In this document: positions 27,941 to 41,469 of the stretch, one piece after another
Position numbering within the stretch: position 1 is the first letter of the stretch
How the letters are laid out: each line of letters opens with the position of its first letter
Source: Octopus sinensis
Lineage: Eukaryota
Assembly: GCF_006345805.1 (NCBI RefSeq)
Contig: NW_021831731.1
Location: forward strand, 62,001 to 126,000
Length of the DNA stretch: 64,000 nucleotides
Direction of reading: 5' to 3'
Notes under the pieces: generated by a model
The model's input: the letters and a program-made list of their open reading frames with translations, nothing else
The model's database searches: none
Told to the model about the DNA's origin: nothing
Position numbers and translations under genes: made by a program

Positions 27941-28338
27941 ATAATTCTTCTCTTGATACAAAAATATAGAAGAGTTCACTACAACTTGAAGCGTATACAG
28001 GCTGTTTTACATTTATTTAAGTGAGATAACAAGGATTACACAGCATTCGCTCGGTCGGCCGTATACTTGATCTATGTTGAAAACTAATATATATAGTTAA
28101 TGTAAGCGGTGTAGACGTTAGGCTGCATGACAGTGTTCTCTTTCCTATTCTCAATGAAGAATTTTGTACCATGTCGATAAGTCAGTTATTTCTACCTTTT
28201 TATATTAAATTGGGTAGAATAGCGAATGATGAGGAACTTTTCAGTGAGGCAGAGAGTCACATGAAGTGTGTGTGTATGTACATGTATGTATGTATGTGTA
28301 TGTATGTATGTATGTATGTATGTATGTATGTATGTATG

Positions 28339-28406
<68 letters not shown>

Positions 28407-29300
28407 CCTGGCCTGGCCTGGCAGTGCTACCGAGAAGCGCTACCCGTTCGGGATAAGCTCTACAGACACGGCTCGAGAAACACGGGGCCGACCTGCCCGA
28501 GATGCGGTCAGAGCGACGAAACCGTTCTGCACGCACTCGTGCAGTGTCCAACAATTTCCGACCTGTGGGCTTATGTCGAACAACTGCTGTCACGTGTGGG
28601 ACGAGTCGGTTTATCAGCTGAGTCTATCGTTAATATTGTCACGCCTCCCTCCTTCAAACGGGAAGGAAGAGCTATTTTCATAATCCTTGTGGCTATGGCG
28701 AAAGAATGTATCTGGTGGACGCGTCTGAAAGGATTGGAGACAAACACTTTCCTCTCTGGTCAATCTCTCATCAACTTCTTCAAGTACCACTTGAAAAGGA
28801 AAGTGAGAGTAGAGAGGCAAGTTTTGTCTAGCGAATGTTTTAAAGAAAGATGGGTGAATGTAGCAAGAATGGCACGTATGAATGACGAAGCCACCTTGAG
28901 CATGATCCTATGAACCCAGAAATTGAAAACAGAGAGTTGCTTATTTGCAAAAAAAAAAAAAAAGAAATATAACATGTGACTCCATTGACCGAGGTTACCG
29001 TGGTCTTTTCCGTAGGCTTTTCTTTCCACGGGTAAACCTCACCTGTCCCCCCTTTACACTTCATATTGACATTTCTGTGATAACGACCCCTATTGATCAA
29101 TTTTTTTTTTTTTTTCTTTTTTTTCTTCCTCTCCCCCTTTTTTTTAACCCCCCTTTTTTTGTCCTCTTTCTCTCCTTTTACGATCCCTTTTGATCGAAAC
29201 TCCCCCTTCCTTTTTTTTTTTTTTTAAACCTTCAAAAGAAAAGCTCTACCTTGTAATTTGTTCTATCTGTGTGCAGCCCTGTGTGGCTAATAAAGAAACA
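28407..29300 (+). mobile_element. 5'-truncated Tx1/L1-clade LINE, copy D
   Basis: ORF2 C-terminus plus 3' UTR and AATAAAGAAAC end. (TATC)n on both sides (28339-28406 and 29301-29364). Confidence 0.92.
28413..28913 (+). pseudogene. LINE ORF2 C-terminal zinc-knuckle (zf-RVT, CCHC) region
   Basis: AWQCYREALPVRDKL...CPRCGQSDETVLHALVQCP...LW...AKECIWWTR...FKERW, the L1/Tx1-type signature, with no stops. Confidence 0.9.
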
Positions 29301-29365
<65 letters not shown>

Positions 29366-29458
29366 GTCTATCTGTCTGTCTATCCGTCTGTCTGTCTGTC
29401 TGTCTGTCTGCCTGCCTGTCTGTCTGTCTGTCAGTCAGTCTGTCTGTCTATCTGTATG

Positions 29459-29543
<85 letters not shown>

Positions 29544-29614
29544 TATATATATTTATTTATAAAAAAGAAGTTTGAAAACGCCACTGTATAAGATAAATTA
29601 TAATTTTATTAGAA

Positions 29615-29662
29615 ATTTTACATGTTTCGGTTCTTCTTGAAAAAACGAACCTTATCAAAAAT
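29615..29662 (-). ncRNA. Degenerate minimal hammerhead motif
   Basis: Minus strand: ATTT-TTGATAA-GGTTC-(loop)-GAACC-GAAAC-AT-GTA-AAAT. All three stems present, palindromic ACATGT, core mutated at two positions. Confidence 0.5.
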
Positions 29663-29803
29663 ATTTTTAAAAGTTAAGTGTAATAAAAAAAGTTCATAAT
29701 TGTTTCTTACTAGTCTCAACTGAGTCCACGTGGTTGTTTTTTTTGTGAGGGGGAGCATAATAGCTGTCTTGTGTGTTGACTAGATTCGTTTGGTGAAGTT
29801 GGG

Positions 29804-29876
29804 GAAATGACCAGTGGCCGAAATAGCAGTCTTAGCAGTCACTACTACCACTGCTATTTCGGCCACTGGTCATTTC
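29804..29876. repeat. Perfect 27-bp inverted repeat with 19-nt loop
   Basis: GAAATGACCAGTGGCCGAAATAGCAGT (29804-29830) and its exact reverse complement (29850-29876). Confidence 0.97.
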
Positions 29877-31014
29877 TTTTTCTTTCAATTTCCCAATCCT
29901 ACTCAAGAAGCTTATACAGTTTTGGTTAGATACGAAAACCTCCGCCCTCCTCTGATTCAACTCAGCCCTCATGTTATCTTTTGCCTCCTGTCCACAGGGA
30001 TTGCTAAAACTGCCTATCCTTCTTTACTAAAGAATGATAGCAGTTGTCGCCTTTCAGTGGCTCTTCCCACTATACTTGACCGACAGTTGTATCTATTCTT
30101 ATCTTGAAAGTAGTCTTTAATTTTAGAAGTTAGATTTCCGTCGGCACTAACAGAAAGTACAGAGAACGGTTTGTTGCTAGTCTCGGATACGCCTAGCTGA
30201 GGGTACTTGAATCGGAAATGCCTCTCTCTCTCATATCACAAAGCTACCAGCTTAAAACATTTAGAAAGTATCTCTAATCTCTGTCTGAAAGTCCTCCGCA
30301 AGTTGTTTTGAACATTGTCATTGATACCCAGACTAATCTCCAGAACACCATTTACATACAATTACACTTCTATAAAGGTGGATGCTTCACCGATTGCATA
30401 TTCAGCTGGTTTAGAGCTGTGAGCGCCCGGCAATAATAAAGATACCAAAACCCCAACAGAAAAACCCCAGTCGAAGCTTGAGCTAGGTCTGCAACTCAGT
30501 CAATGAAATAAATTAAGGGAGATCTCGCCTGACGAACAGTGCTTACATTGCTTCAAAAATATCTGCAGATGGCGCCACTTCAGTGTATGCTTGCTCATTA
30601 TGGGCTCCAATAGACTTGATGCTGGCAATAGATGAACATTTTGCCAAAAAAATTATTCATTTCACAAAAAGGAAAAGAGTTGTCCCAATATAGTCTGACC
30701 ACCATAGGGGCAAAACATGGCAATCAGACGATGAGACACAACCAAGGCAATCACAATCTCCCGTCTTAAGCAAATTTTTTTTGCTATCTTCTTTTACTTA
30801 TTGTTATATTTTTCTGTGTGCAGTTGTTATTGAGAAGTATTACTACTCTCGTTATTGTCACTGTGTTATAGTTATTTTCAAATAATTGAAGATAAACGTT
30901 TCATTTTTTTGTACAGTAATTGTCAATGTGAGCATTGTTATTAGCATTGACAGTTTTACTGTTAGGCAAATGTTCCCAATACACAAAAGATTTCCATTTT
31001 CTTTCCCATTCTAG

Positions 31015-31072
31015 GAAATAGGAAGTTGTCTATCGCTATTTTGGGAATCGGCTCTCAACATCAACACTGCAG
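31015..31072 (+). other. Candidate 58-nt internal exon
   Basis: Polypyrimidine acceptor TTTTCTTTCCCATTCTAG| and donor CAG|GTATGT. Two frames are open (EIGSCLSLFWESALNINTA or NRKLSIAILGIGSQHQHC). Confidence 0.3.
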
Positions 31073-31342
31073 GTATGTTGAAAATAATTTTTACTGTGAA
31101 AGCAGAAATATATAAATAAATAAAAATAAAAAACTAAATAATCACTTTCCTCCCTTAACTGTGAAAGATATAAAATTTAACTCTCGTTGATATAAGCATA
31201 ACAAAATAAAGTGAGTTTAGCGTTAGAGAAAGTAAATATTAGAACTAGTCAAAACGGGAGCTTTTTTAAGGCAATTTTTCTCTTTGGTGAAATCAAAACC
31301 AGCAGCAGCTAAAAATTCTATATAGTATACTAATTCATGAAT

Positions 31343-31375
<33 letters not shown>

Positions 31376-31704
31376 CACACACACACACCACACACACACA
31401 CACGAATATATAGATAAGTCCTCCTGATACATGAGAACTCCATCTTGGACTACTCTGGAAACCTTACATTATAAGTATAACCCAAACTACCAAGAGGAAG
31501 TGCCCTTTCTTATGTGTTGATCTCTGGCTTAGAAGTGCATGTTTAGAATAGTTCCCTTCACTCTAACCGTTTTCGTTACAGTCACTGTCGGCAAATTCAC
31601 TGGAAGAGAGCACTTCCATCTCGACACTTAACTTTCTTTCTAAATGAAATTTGATGATGATGATCCTAACGACGACGACGACGACGACGATGATGATGAC
31701 GGTT

Positions 31705-31950
31705 ACAATACCAGTGATTGTGGGAGCACTTGAAATGACCAGTAAAGGAATTAAAAATTAGCCGAGAATGACCCCCGGAATTACCATTCATGTAGGGAGC
31801 GCAAAAGATAGTATTAAGTGTTAACTGCAAACGTAAACAGACTGTACATGAAAAGAAAGAATGGTAGCAGAGGACTGATTAGTATAGACCATTGGATAGT
31901 GAGGGAAAAGAGAACGCTTGCCAAGTATTTGATGAATATGACGAAGATCT
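31705..31950 (+). mobile_element. R4/Dong-like fragments
   Basis: TIPVIVGAL and ANVNRLYMKRKNGSRGLISID. Confidence 0.65.
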
Positions 31951-32231
31951 GCTACAATATACCGGGACCCATGTTATTATTGGCATTTTTAAATGCTCTA
32001 GGTAGAACGATGGTGCTAATGATAATCACTGTGGTTATGGTGGCGACACAATGCAAGCACGTTATTTATTTATATGTGTATGTACATACATGTGTGCGGA
32101 TATATACAAATAAAGAGAGGAAGAGAGAGATGGGATCCCAATGACAACACTCATGGGAATCCCACGAACGACTCATGAAATCGTGATGCAACACAACAAG
32201 GAAAGAATTAACGGCGAGAATGAAGCTATAA

Positions 32232-32395
32232 ATAGGGGCTGCAATAAGGGTGGAGCACTTGCAGAAAACAACACTGGTTGGAACCGCTCGAATACTCCGG
32301 AAGGTGCTCGAAAAAGAGGTGTTACCTTAGTTCACTGGTAGTGAACATCTAACACCGTAGCACATCTCCAGCGTTAGAAGCTGTGCAAAGGCAAT
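32232..32395 (+). mobile_element. Dong/R4-like element 3' end abutting (TAA)n
   Basis: EHLQKTTLVGTARILRKVLEK C-terminal motif and a short structured 3' UTR, then (AAT)n at 32393-32474. Confidence 0.8.
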
Positions 32396-32405
32396 AATAA
32401 TGATG

Positions 32406-32476
<71 letters not shown>

Positions 32477-34271
32477 CTTTCTCGGTTGTTTCTGAAGAAA
32501 AGAAATATATATGTGGAAGCATAGATTTTCGTAAAATAGACGTAAAGTCAATACCACCAATTCCATGGGCAACATTGATAAGGAAAAGGATAGCGGCATT
32601 ATAAGGAAAGCCAGAAAGTAAAAATGACGCTTATTTTGATGTCTTACATGCAATTATTAGATACACAATATATTATTTAAAAACGTACAACAAAGTGCAG
32701 AAAGAACGATCAAATAAGCCAAGGGATTGTATCCATAAATAAATCAAGGTGCTAAAGCAATATCCATTGGGTCAAGATGTATGTTGAATACCTTAGCATA
32801 AGTTTAAAGCAAGCTCGATACGAAGGTTATGTCTGCATAAGAAGCGGTCCTATCAAAAAGGTTAACTTCCAAAAGAAAGAACTGTCTTGTATCACTAGCA
32901 ACCAACAAAATAAAAACAGTTTTACGAGAGAATCATGGGATCAGTCTAAAAAGAAAAGAAAAACATAATACATTTAAATGTTAAGCTCCTGTTAAACATC
33001 TATATTATATAAAACACTAATGAGCATCATAAAAAAGACATACGAGTTATGGAGAAGGAAAAAAATCCATGTACATTAGCGAATGTACGGAGATACATAA
33101 CTAACAAAACAAATATGCTAGAAAGAGAAATAGACTAACTCATAAAAATATACGTTGGAAGTAAAACAAAACAACTGACAGCACAGAAAAGATAAGTTTC
33201 TACAAATCAATGGAAGCATCACAACAGGCACTGCCACATGTAAAACATAATCCTTCACAAAGAAACAGTATAACGGAAATGACCATATGTACAATAAAGA
33301 GCTCTCAAAATACAACAAAAATACACAGGACCTACCATGTATGGAAAAAAGGAGGCATTACAGCAAAATAAAGACATACCAAAAAGAAAAAACCATGAAA
33401 TAAAATAAAAAAAACAAAAGCCTGAAAGGAGAAGGATGATCATACATGTCACATTGATCTAAACATCAATCTAAATACCCAGCCATGGTAAAATATACCT
33501 TCGAGAATACTTAACAATCAACAGAATAAAATACACCACAAAATGATCGACTAAAATTAACATTGAGTAGGAGCTAAGAAAAGCGATAAAGAAAATAGAA
33601 AGAACACAACAAAATCAATGAAAATATAAATCAATGGAAACTTCTGCCCAATCTACATAAGTAAGCTGTTCCCCAAAAGAATACTCAAATATAACAAGGT
33701 CTTACAAGAAATTCCATTCACAGAAATAACTCCGAATGTGTGAGTGATGTGAGCTAATCTATTCAGTAGTCGTGATAGCATGGTGGGAAATCATGCTTGA
33801 TCCTAATGCAGTAAGACTTTTGTTATTCAAGCATAAGAAAAATAAGGGGAGGGAAAATTTAAGGCAAAATTGAGAACAAAAAAGACCAATAAAATAAAAA
33901 TTGAATTGCCCCCTCTTACTTAGTAAGATGGAAAACAAAGTAAAAAAAAAACCCCAAAACAACCGAGAGATATTCAGGAAATAAAGGTTTTATCAAATCA
34001 TATAGGCAAAGGCATTTTGTCCGGGAATCAATTGATTCTGCCATACGCCTAACTAATTGCAATTTGTTGCAAAGACTTGAGACATGTTTTTTTTAAGGAG
34101 AACATAGTTAATGAAGTAAACTGAAATAATTACTGGTATATCATTCTATCAACATCATAATATATAATTATTATATAAAAATATATATGCTTGTCCAAAG
34201 TGCATCTTTTCATTCTTTCTCAGCAATCATCTGCCTTTTGCCAATTGTGAAATTTAAATTTGAACTTCATC

Positions 34272-34427
34272 TGGCATGGCTGTGTGGTAAGAAGTTTTCT
34301 TCCCAACCACATGACTTCGGGTTCATTCCCTCTGTGTAACATCTTTGGCAAGTGTCTTCTAGTATAGTCCCCTGTCGACCAAAAGATTATGGGTGGATCT
34401 GGTAGACGGAAAATGAAAAGGTTTGTC

Positions 34428-34484
<57 letters not shown>

Positions 34485-34760
34485 CACACACACATACACA
34501 CAGACACACACACACATATATGTGTTTGTGTGTGTGCGTATGCGTTTAGGGCTTGAGCCGCCTCCAGCAGTTTGACAACTGGTGTTTGTTTATTTACGCC
34601 CTCCTCATTAGCTGTTCGGCAAAAGAACCAGATTAAAAGAATGAGTACCAGACTAAAAGAAATAAGTACTAGGGATAATTTGTTCGAATCAAACCCTTCA
34701 AGGTGGTGCTCCAGCATGGTTGCAATTCAATGACTAAATTAAGAAAACGAAAAGGGAAAA
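34272..34760 (+). mobile_element. SINE family A with internal (TA)/(CA) microsatellite
   Basis: TGGCTGTGTGGTAAG head, GGGTTCATTCC B box, GGTGCTCCAGCATGG tail. Confidence 0.85.
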
Positions 34761-36214
34761 GATCCTTAACAATACCACGGTGTTGCAGTATACCAGTTAT
34801 AAATCATTAATTTAAATCACGTTTGCTTCTATTCCCCAGCTTTCATAAATTTCCCTAGGAAGTTCTTAGTCTACTCCCACCATTTGCTCATTCTGAAGAG
34901 CATTCGAAGAAATTGATGAGGTTCCGATCAGATGGAGAAAGGCTCTCATCTTCAGTATTTACAATATTGTCCGCCATATTACAATACTGTAGTTACTACG
35001 CAGGTGGAAACTAACCGTTCTTCTAGCTGAAAGGAAAACAGCAAAAGCATCTTCAGAACGTATTTGAATGACAGCCGGATTTGGCCTACTTGTGAAATTA
35101 TACCAAAGAACCATGTAATACAATTTCACAATTCAGTAAGTGTTTGGCACTGAATGAGTACACTTAGAAACTTATTGTTGTTTTCTCTGAACCTGTGAAC
35201 AATACGGCTGACGCCATCAACTTAATTCATAGTACCATGCCACGCTGATAACAATTGTAAATTAATCATAATTCTCGATCTGAAAAAGCTATTCAACACA
35301 TTGTCTCCCACATCACATAAAAATGTACAGCAATCAGCCACCTGGACTTTTGCTGAGGCATTATTTTAAATGAAGCTAATGTGTATGAAATACAAAATGC
35401 AAACTACAGCTACACTAAAAATAAACAAATAAAAACAGGCAATGATGGAGTTAGATACTTTTATTTCCACATCAACATTGACTTATAATTTACATACACT
35501 CGCTCTATTTCTGTTTCTATATTTCTTATATCTTCACTTTCAGACACACACATCCCTCTTATTTCCTACCACGTCTGCTCTTTAAGTTTAAATCTATTCG
35601 CTGCCGTTTACATACAAACACTCAAACACAAATTCATACATACGCAGCAAACATTCAAATACACATTCACACACACGCGGCAAACATTCAAACATTTTCA
35701 TCACCGTGTTGTACGTGACATCGTCTCTGGCGTCTCAGACATCGATGAACCAAAGGAAAATATCGCTCGCAGATCTACAACAATGCACACGTCAACACAA
35801 ATAATAAAGCTCTTGTCTTGTGCACTTCCATATAAGTATGTATGTATGTGTGCATGCATGTACGAATGTATATATGCATGCAGGTGTGCATGTATACAAA
35901 CACACGCGTGTACACACACATAATGAATGCTTGTTTTATATGTATTAGGATAACTAACTAGAAAGGGAGAGAGAGAAAGGAGAGCAAATGAATATACATA
36001 CACGCACACACGCACACACATATAATGTATATAATTGGTTCTCTACCGACATTTAAATAAATAAAATGTGGCGTTTGACAAACACGGACAACAAAGACAG
36101 CAAAAAACAAACAAACAAAAACAAAAAGAAACAAATCAAATATGGCCGAATTAATATTTTTCACGCATACACGTACATACATATACGTATACGTAAATTC
36201 ACACTATTATAGAT

Positions 36215-36234
36215 GAGAGTGCGTATTTGTGTGT

Positions 36235-36270
<36 letters not shown>

Positions 36271-36657
36271 TGTATGCGTGTGTGTGTGTGTCTAAATGCG
36301 TATGTATTTATACGTATGTATGTATGTATGAGATAGTTGTTTCACACTGGCGGGAATTGCAATTAAGCGACAAATGTACTCGGTACTGCCAAATAGAGTG
36401 GAATAATTATTATCCAAAGCCGACTTTACATGAGTCGTTCAGGCATCTATCTGCATATATGTATGTATATATGTGTGCGGGTATATATATATATATATAT
36501 ATATATACATACATGTACATTTTTGTAAATATGAATACACTTTTGTGCAAACACGCAGACAAATTCACCCGTCTACTATGTGTGCAAATATATGTATACA
36601 TACATGCATACAATCATGCACACACACACGCAGACACGCAGACACACACACACACAC

Positions 36658-36690
<33 letters not shown>

Positions 36691-36809
36691 ATAGGTATAA
36701 ACATAACGTGTCAAGAAATAAGTGACATATTAAGATAAAATTTTAAAAGAAAATAGTCCAAAACTTATTTCTATCGGATTACACAATAGTTTGCTAAAGA
36801 GTAAAAAGA

Positions 36810-36842
<33 letters not shown>

Positions 36843-37175
36843 GTGTGTGTGTGTGTGTGTGTGTATACATATATACATATATAAATGTATATATGTATGT
36901 ATATATATCTATGCATATATATATATGTACATATGTATGTATATATGTATATATCTATATGAATGTAAAAGTATGTGTTTATTATTAAGATGCGCATATA
37001 CATAAAATCACACACCCACATATACATTCATACATACACGCATACATAAAAGCATACATTCATATACACAAAAACACACACACACATATACGCATACATA
37101 CAAGCACGAACATATACATACTTGTAATCAACACATACATGTTTTAACACTAAAATCATGCACGCACACAGGTAG

Positions 37176-37212
<37 letters not shown>

Positions 37213-37547
37213 ACACACACACATATACATATGTTATCTGGCTGTTTTATTTCCTTCGATTTTATTCCTTCTTTTTTTTTTATGAGATTTATTTAAAAAA
37301 TTGTCTTTCATGATTTCATCGAGACGTTTTGTCTTTGAGTCGAAGAATCTATCAACATGATTTTGTCTCTTCTCTTTAAGAATGTTTTTAAGAAATTCAT
37401 GTGTTGTCTTTGTTTTCTTTTCTTCTTTTTTCTTTCTTCCTTTTTTTTTCAGTATGTTTATTTCTTTTGTTTCTCTTTGATATACATACATATATACATA
37501 TATATCTATAGAAATATACATACATATTCACATGCGTGCATATATAT

Positions 37548-37599
<52 letters not shown>

Positions 37600-37627
37600 A
37601 TATTATATATATATATATATGCATACA

Positions 37628-37672
<45 letters not shown>

Positions 37673-37677
37673 CACGC

Positions 37678-37711
<34 letters not shown>

Positions 37712-37717
37712 TTGTAT

Positions 37718-37761
<44 letters not shown>

Positions 37762-37870
37762 ATATAGACGCCCACACATATATTCTATATACATATACAG
37801 CATTGGTTTTGCTATTTCGTTTCGCCTTAAGGATTTCACTGTTTCTGTCACTCTGGCTATTCTCTTTTTC

Positions 37871-37934
<64 letters not shown>

Positions 37935-37935
37935 T
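36215..37935. repeat. Extended microsatellite cluster (GT, TA, CA, TTTC)
   Basis: Directly visible. Source of many spurious ORFs. Confidence 0.9.
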
Positions 37936-39603
37936 CGTTGTATATTTCTCTCTTCTTTCCTTCAATCTTTCCTCCATTCTCTGTTTCTTTAACTCTTTGG
38001 AAAATAGCTGGCATAGAAATAAATGATATTGATGGCTATTAAAGTATAAAAGGCAAGAGGGAGTCACAGAAAAGATTAAGGTATCACCGAAGGAAGAGGG
38101 GAACAGAAAATATAGGTAGCTAGCTAGATTGATAGATAGATAGATAGATTGGCAACAGAAAGTTGGCTTTGCTTACAAATTGAGTGAAGGTGAGGAAGGG
38201 AAGGGTTGGTATGAATAGATAAGTAAGAAGAATGAGAAAAGTCTGAAAGGAAGATGAATGGTCTACGGTGTTAAGAATTAGGAGTAACCTTGCTCAGAGG
38301 TTACGGTATTCGGTTGAAGACACACAAAAATGTTGATTGAACTAGGAAGTTAACATATATTCACTGTTCTAAATAATTCAGTGTTGGTGTTTGAAAGGAA
38401 AAATATATAACAAAATAAAAAGAAATATTACGTTTGAATGTATCATTTTGTTCGTTATACGAAAGGGAGAAGGATGTTTTCTCTAATATAAGATATAGTG
38501 ATGCCATCCACGTTACTATGTGATATATCAAAGGTCAAGGAAAAGCTGTAATGTGAAGTCGTAAAATTTCGGATAAGATCGTATGATGTTTCAATTGTCC
38601 TCTAAGTTTAGACAAAATTCCGTATTGTATCACCAAGTTTACGAAAAGATCATTCAATGTCAACTTAAGAAAACGAAGTAAAATGATTTTAAAAAGTTCT
38701 ATCGGAGCTGGGAATTTTTCGAATGTATTCGTTTTCTATCAAGGATATCTTAAATTATTTTTTAAAAGTAAAATATTCATACTTCAGGTCAAGTCATAAT
38801 TATTTTATTGCTTGTGAACAACTCCTAGTTCTCTCTTATGCCCCCACGTCTAAATCATGGTGTTTCTAGCTTAAGAAAATGCAAAATGATCAGTACTAAA
38901 TAAATCACCCCGAAAATACTATAGAAAATGCCAATAAGGTTGTCTGACAAGAAATATTCCTGTCAATGGTTCCTAATTCTTTTTTTTTTTATTATATTAC
39001 TTGGTTGGTAAAAAATATTGTTAAAATGTTTTGAAAACGGATGTCAAGACATGATAAACTGCTGAGCCGCCTATCACTAGACAAAACAGAAATACATTGT
39101 TTCCTGTGACTGTAAAAACAAAAAGACAAAAGCCTTCTAACGATACAATTCAAAATACGAAAAATATTAGGCTGAGCTTGAATTTTGCGGCGTTTAAAAA
39201 GAAGCTGTAATACACTGTACGGAATAAGCATGTTACGTATGTTAATAGTTTCAATATTTGGACTCTTAATTTTTTTTTTGTGGGCTGCCGTTGTACATGT
39301 TTTCGTTTTCTTTCTTTGCCAGTTAATCGTATGTATTTATGTGTATGTGTTTATGTGTATATGTGTGTGTGTACATACACACACATTTTCGTACACACAC
39401 AGAGACATTTTCGTACATACATACACATTTCCGTACCAAATCATCCTTGAGAGTAGAATAAGATAACCGTCCGTCCATCTGTTTATCCATCCACCCATCT
39501 ATCTATGCGAGTATCCTTTTGTCAATTCATTTATCCATCTTGCTATCCATCTTTTCGTCCTTCCGTCTGCTCGTCTGCTTGTCCATTCGTCCGTTCGTCT
39601 TTC

Positions 39604-39968
39604 TATTTGTATTTCTACTGGTTCCATTGTAATCGAGCCTGAAGAAACCAATATCTTTATCACACTGATAAATTATTATATTTCTGCACTTATCGTCCGA
39701 TAATCAACTGATCGCACAGCCCCACAGAAAGAGGAGCGGGCAGAGAGGAAAAGAGAGAAAGAGAAATGAACAGACAGAGAGAAATGTCCTAGCTTAAGAA
39801 AATACAAAATGATCAGTACTAAATCAACCACACCGCTCCTCTCTCTGTGGGACTGTGCGAGCAGTTGATTCTCGGACGATAAAAGCAGAAATATAGTAAT
39901 TTATCAGTGTGATAAAGATATTGGTTTCTTCAGGCTCGATTACAATAGAACCAGTAGAAATACAAATA
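39604..39968. repeat. ~135-bp inverted repeat with ~93-bp spacer (MITE-like or fold-back)
   Basis: 39604-39739 vs reverse complement of 39833-39968, with few mismatches. Confidence 0.92.
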
Positions 39969-40324
39969 AATGAAGAAAATCTTTGATTCAAAAAGCAGTT
40001 ATGACTGATTCGAGGGAACCTCAATCTGGGCTGCTCGATTTGCATTTAGGTTCACCTCAGACTATTAATTTTAAAATAGAACGAAACATTAGGTAATGTA
40101 GCCGTCCCTGTTACATCGTCTGAAAATAAGAGGAAATTGGTATGTCCAGAAGTCTTTGATCATAAATCTGTTTGATTAGAGATTGACTCGTAATTTGTTA
40201 ATATTTTTTTATTACCAATTGCTCTTTAACTATAAAAGCATATTTTAGAAATGATAAACGTCAGAATAACGTAGATCCAAAATATACTCTGAAACTTTTC
40301 AAATACTTTTAGTCTATCCAAACA

Positions 40325-40367
<43 letters not shown>

Positions 40368-41218
40368 TAAGTATATACATTAAACGCATCTTATGTACAT
40401 ATTTATCCAGTGTAGTAATACATTTACACAGAATTCTATTAAGACTTCGTTGGTCAGGGCTGACCATATAGTTGCACTTGTATGTGCAGGCCTGGTTAAG
40501 GTTTTCTGAAGAAAACTGTCAGTAAGCCATGCATGTAAATCTCCTTTCGTCACGCCATCGATGTTCTTCAAGGGAAATGTCACCGCCTTGGGCCGAGACA
40601 GAATACTAAAATCGGAACAGATAGCGCGACGCATGCACGACATTCTAAGAATTACGTCAGTTCACTGTCTTGAATTGGCACTTTTTTTATCAACCCTGCT
40701 AAAAGGATGCAATGTAAAGTGACTTTGGAAGGATTTGAACCCAAATAGCAGAGAATCGGAACAAATACCGCGAGGCATTCTAATGATCCTCCTACTTCGC
40801 CAAATCAAATAATATTTTCATATACTCCATGCCTGAGCAATTAACTGTTGTAGAGATCGATATAAACATGCAGCAATTAATGCCGCAAAGAAGTTTCTAT
40901 CTCGTTTGAAGCTATTGCCCTTCATTTACATCACTAATGCCTTTGATTTAAAAATGAAGTCCTATCCTGATATTTCCTTTTCTTCCCACCGCAGTCTCTA
41001 TACAGTCTCTCAACTTCTAAGAAAATCTTGCAAAATCTTCCACATATCAGATGCCAACATCTTAGAAATAAGAAAAATACATTGGATAAAGTAATGCGAA
41101 ATATATTCTTTGAAAATGAAAGCTGGTACAGTGAAGGCGGGTTCACCTTTGATCATAGGCCAGCTCGATCAAGGCTGACCTGCAGATAAACAAGGAAAAC
41201 AACAACAACAACAGCTGT

Positions 41219-41249
<31 letters not shown>

Positions 41250-41469
41250 CCAGCAGCACCACCACCACCACCTACAACAACAAGTACTACTTAGTTATAT
41301 AAAAAAAAGATTTTTTTACATAAGAGCTGGCCAATATATAGAAAGAGTACGGTTAATAAGTTCACAAAATAGTAGCAAGACTAAGTCCTCTGTTCTAACA
41401 AGAGTAAGTAGGAGTGTTAATCACATTCAATACTAATAAGCACATGTAGACATCCTGTTAATGTAGTGA

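Noticed and set aside
29900-30770. Moderately complex sequence that might be a coding relic
   Set aside because: No ORF or motif I could assign.
41198-41283. CAA/CAG/CAC run resembling a polyQ/polyH exon
   Set aside because: No extended ORF or convincing splice sites around it. It is a simple trinucleotide repeat.
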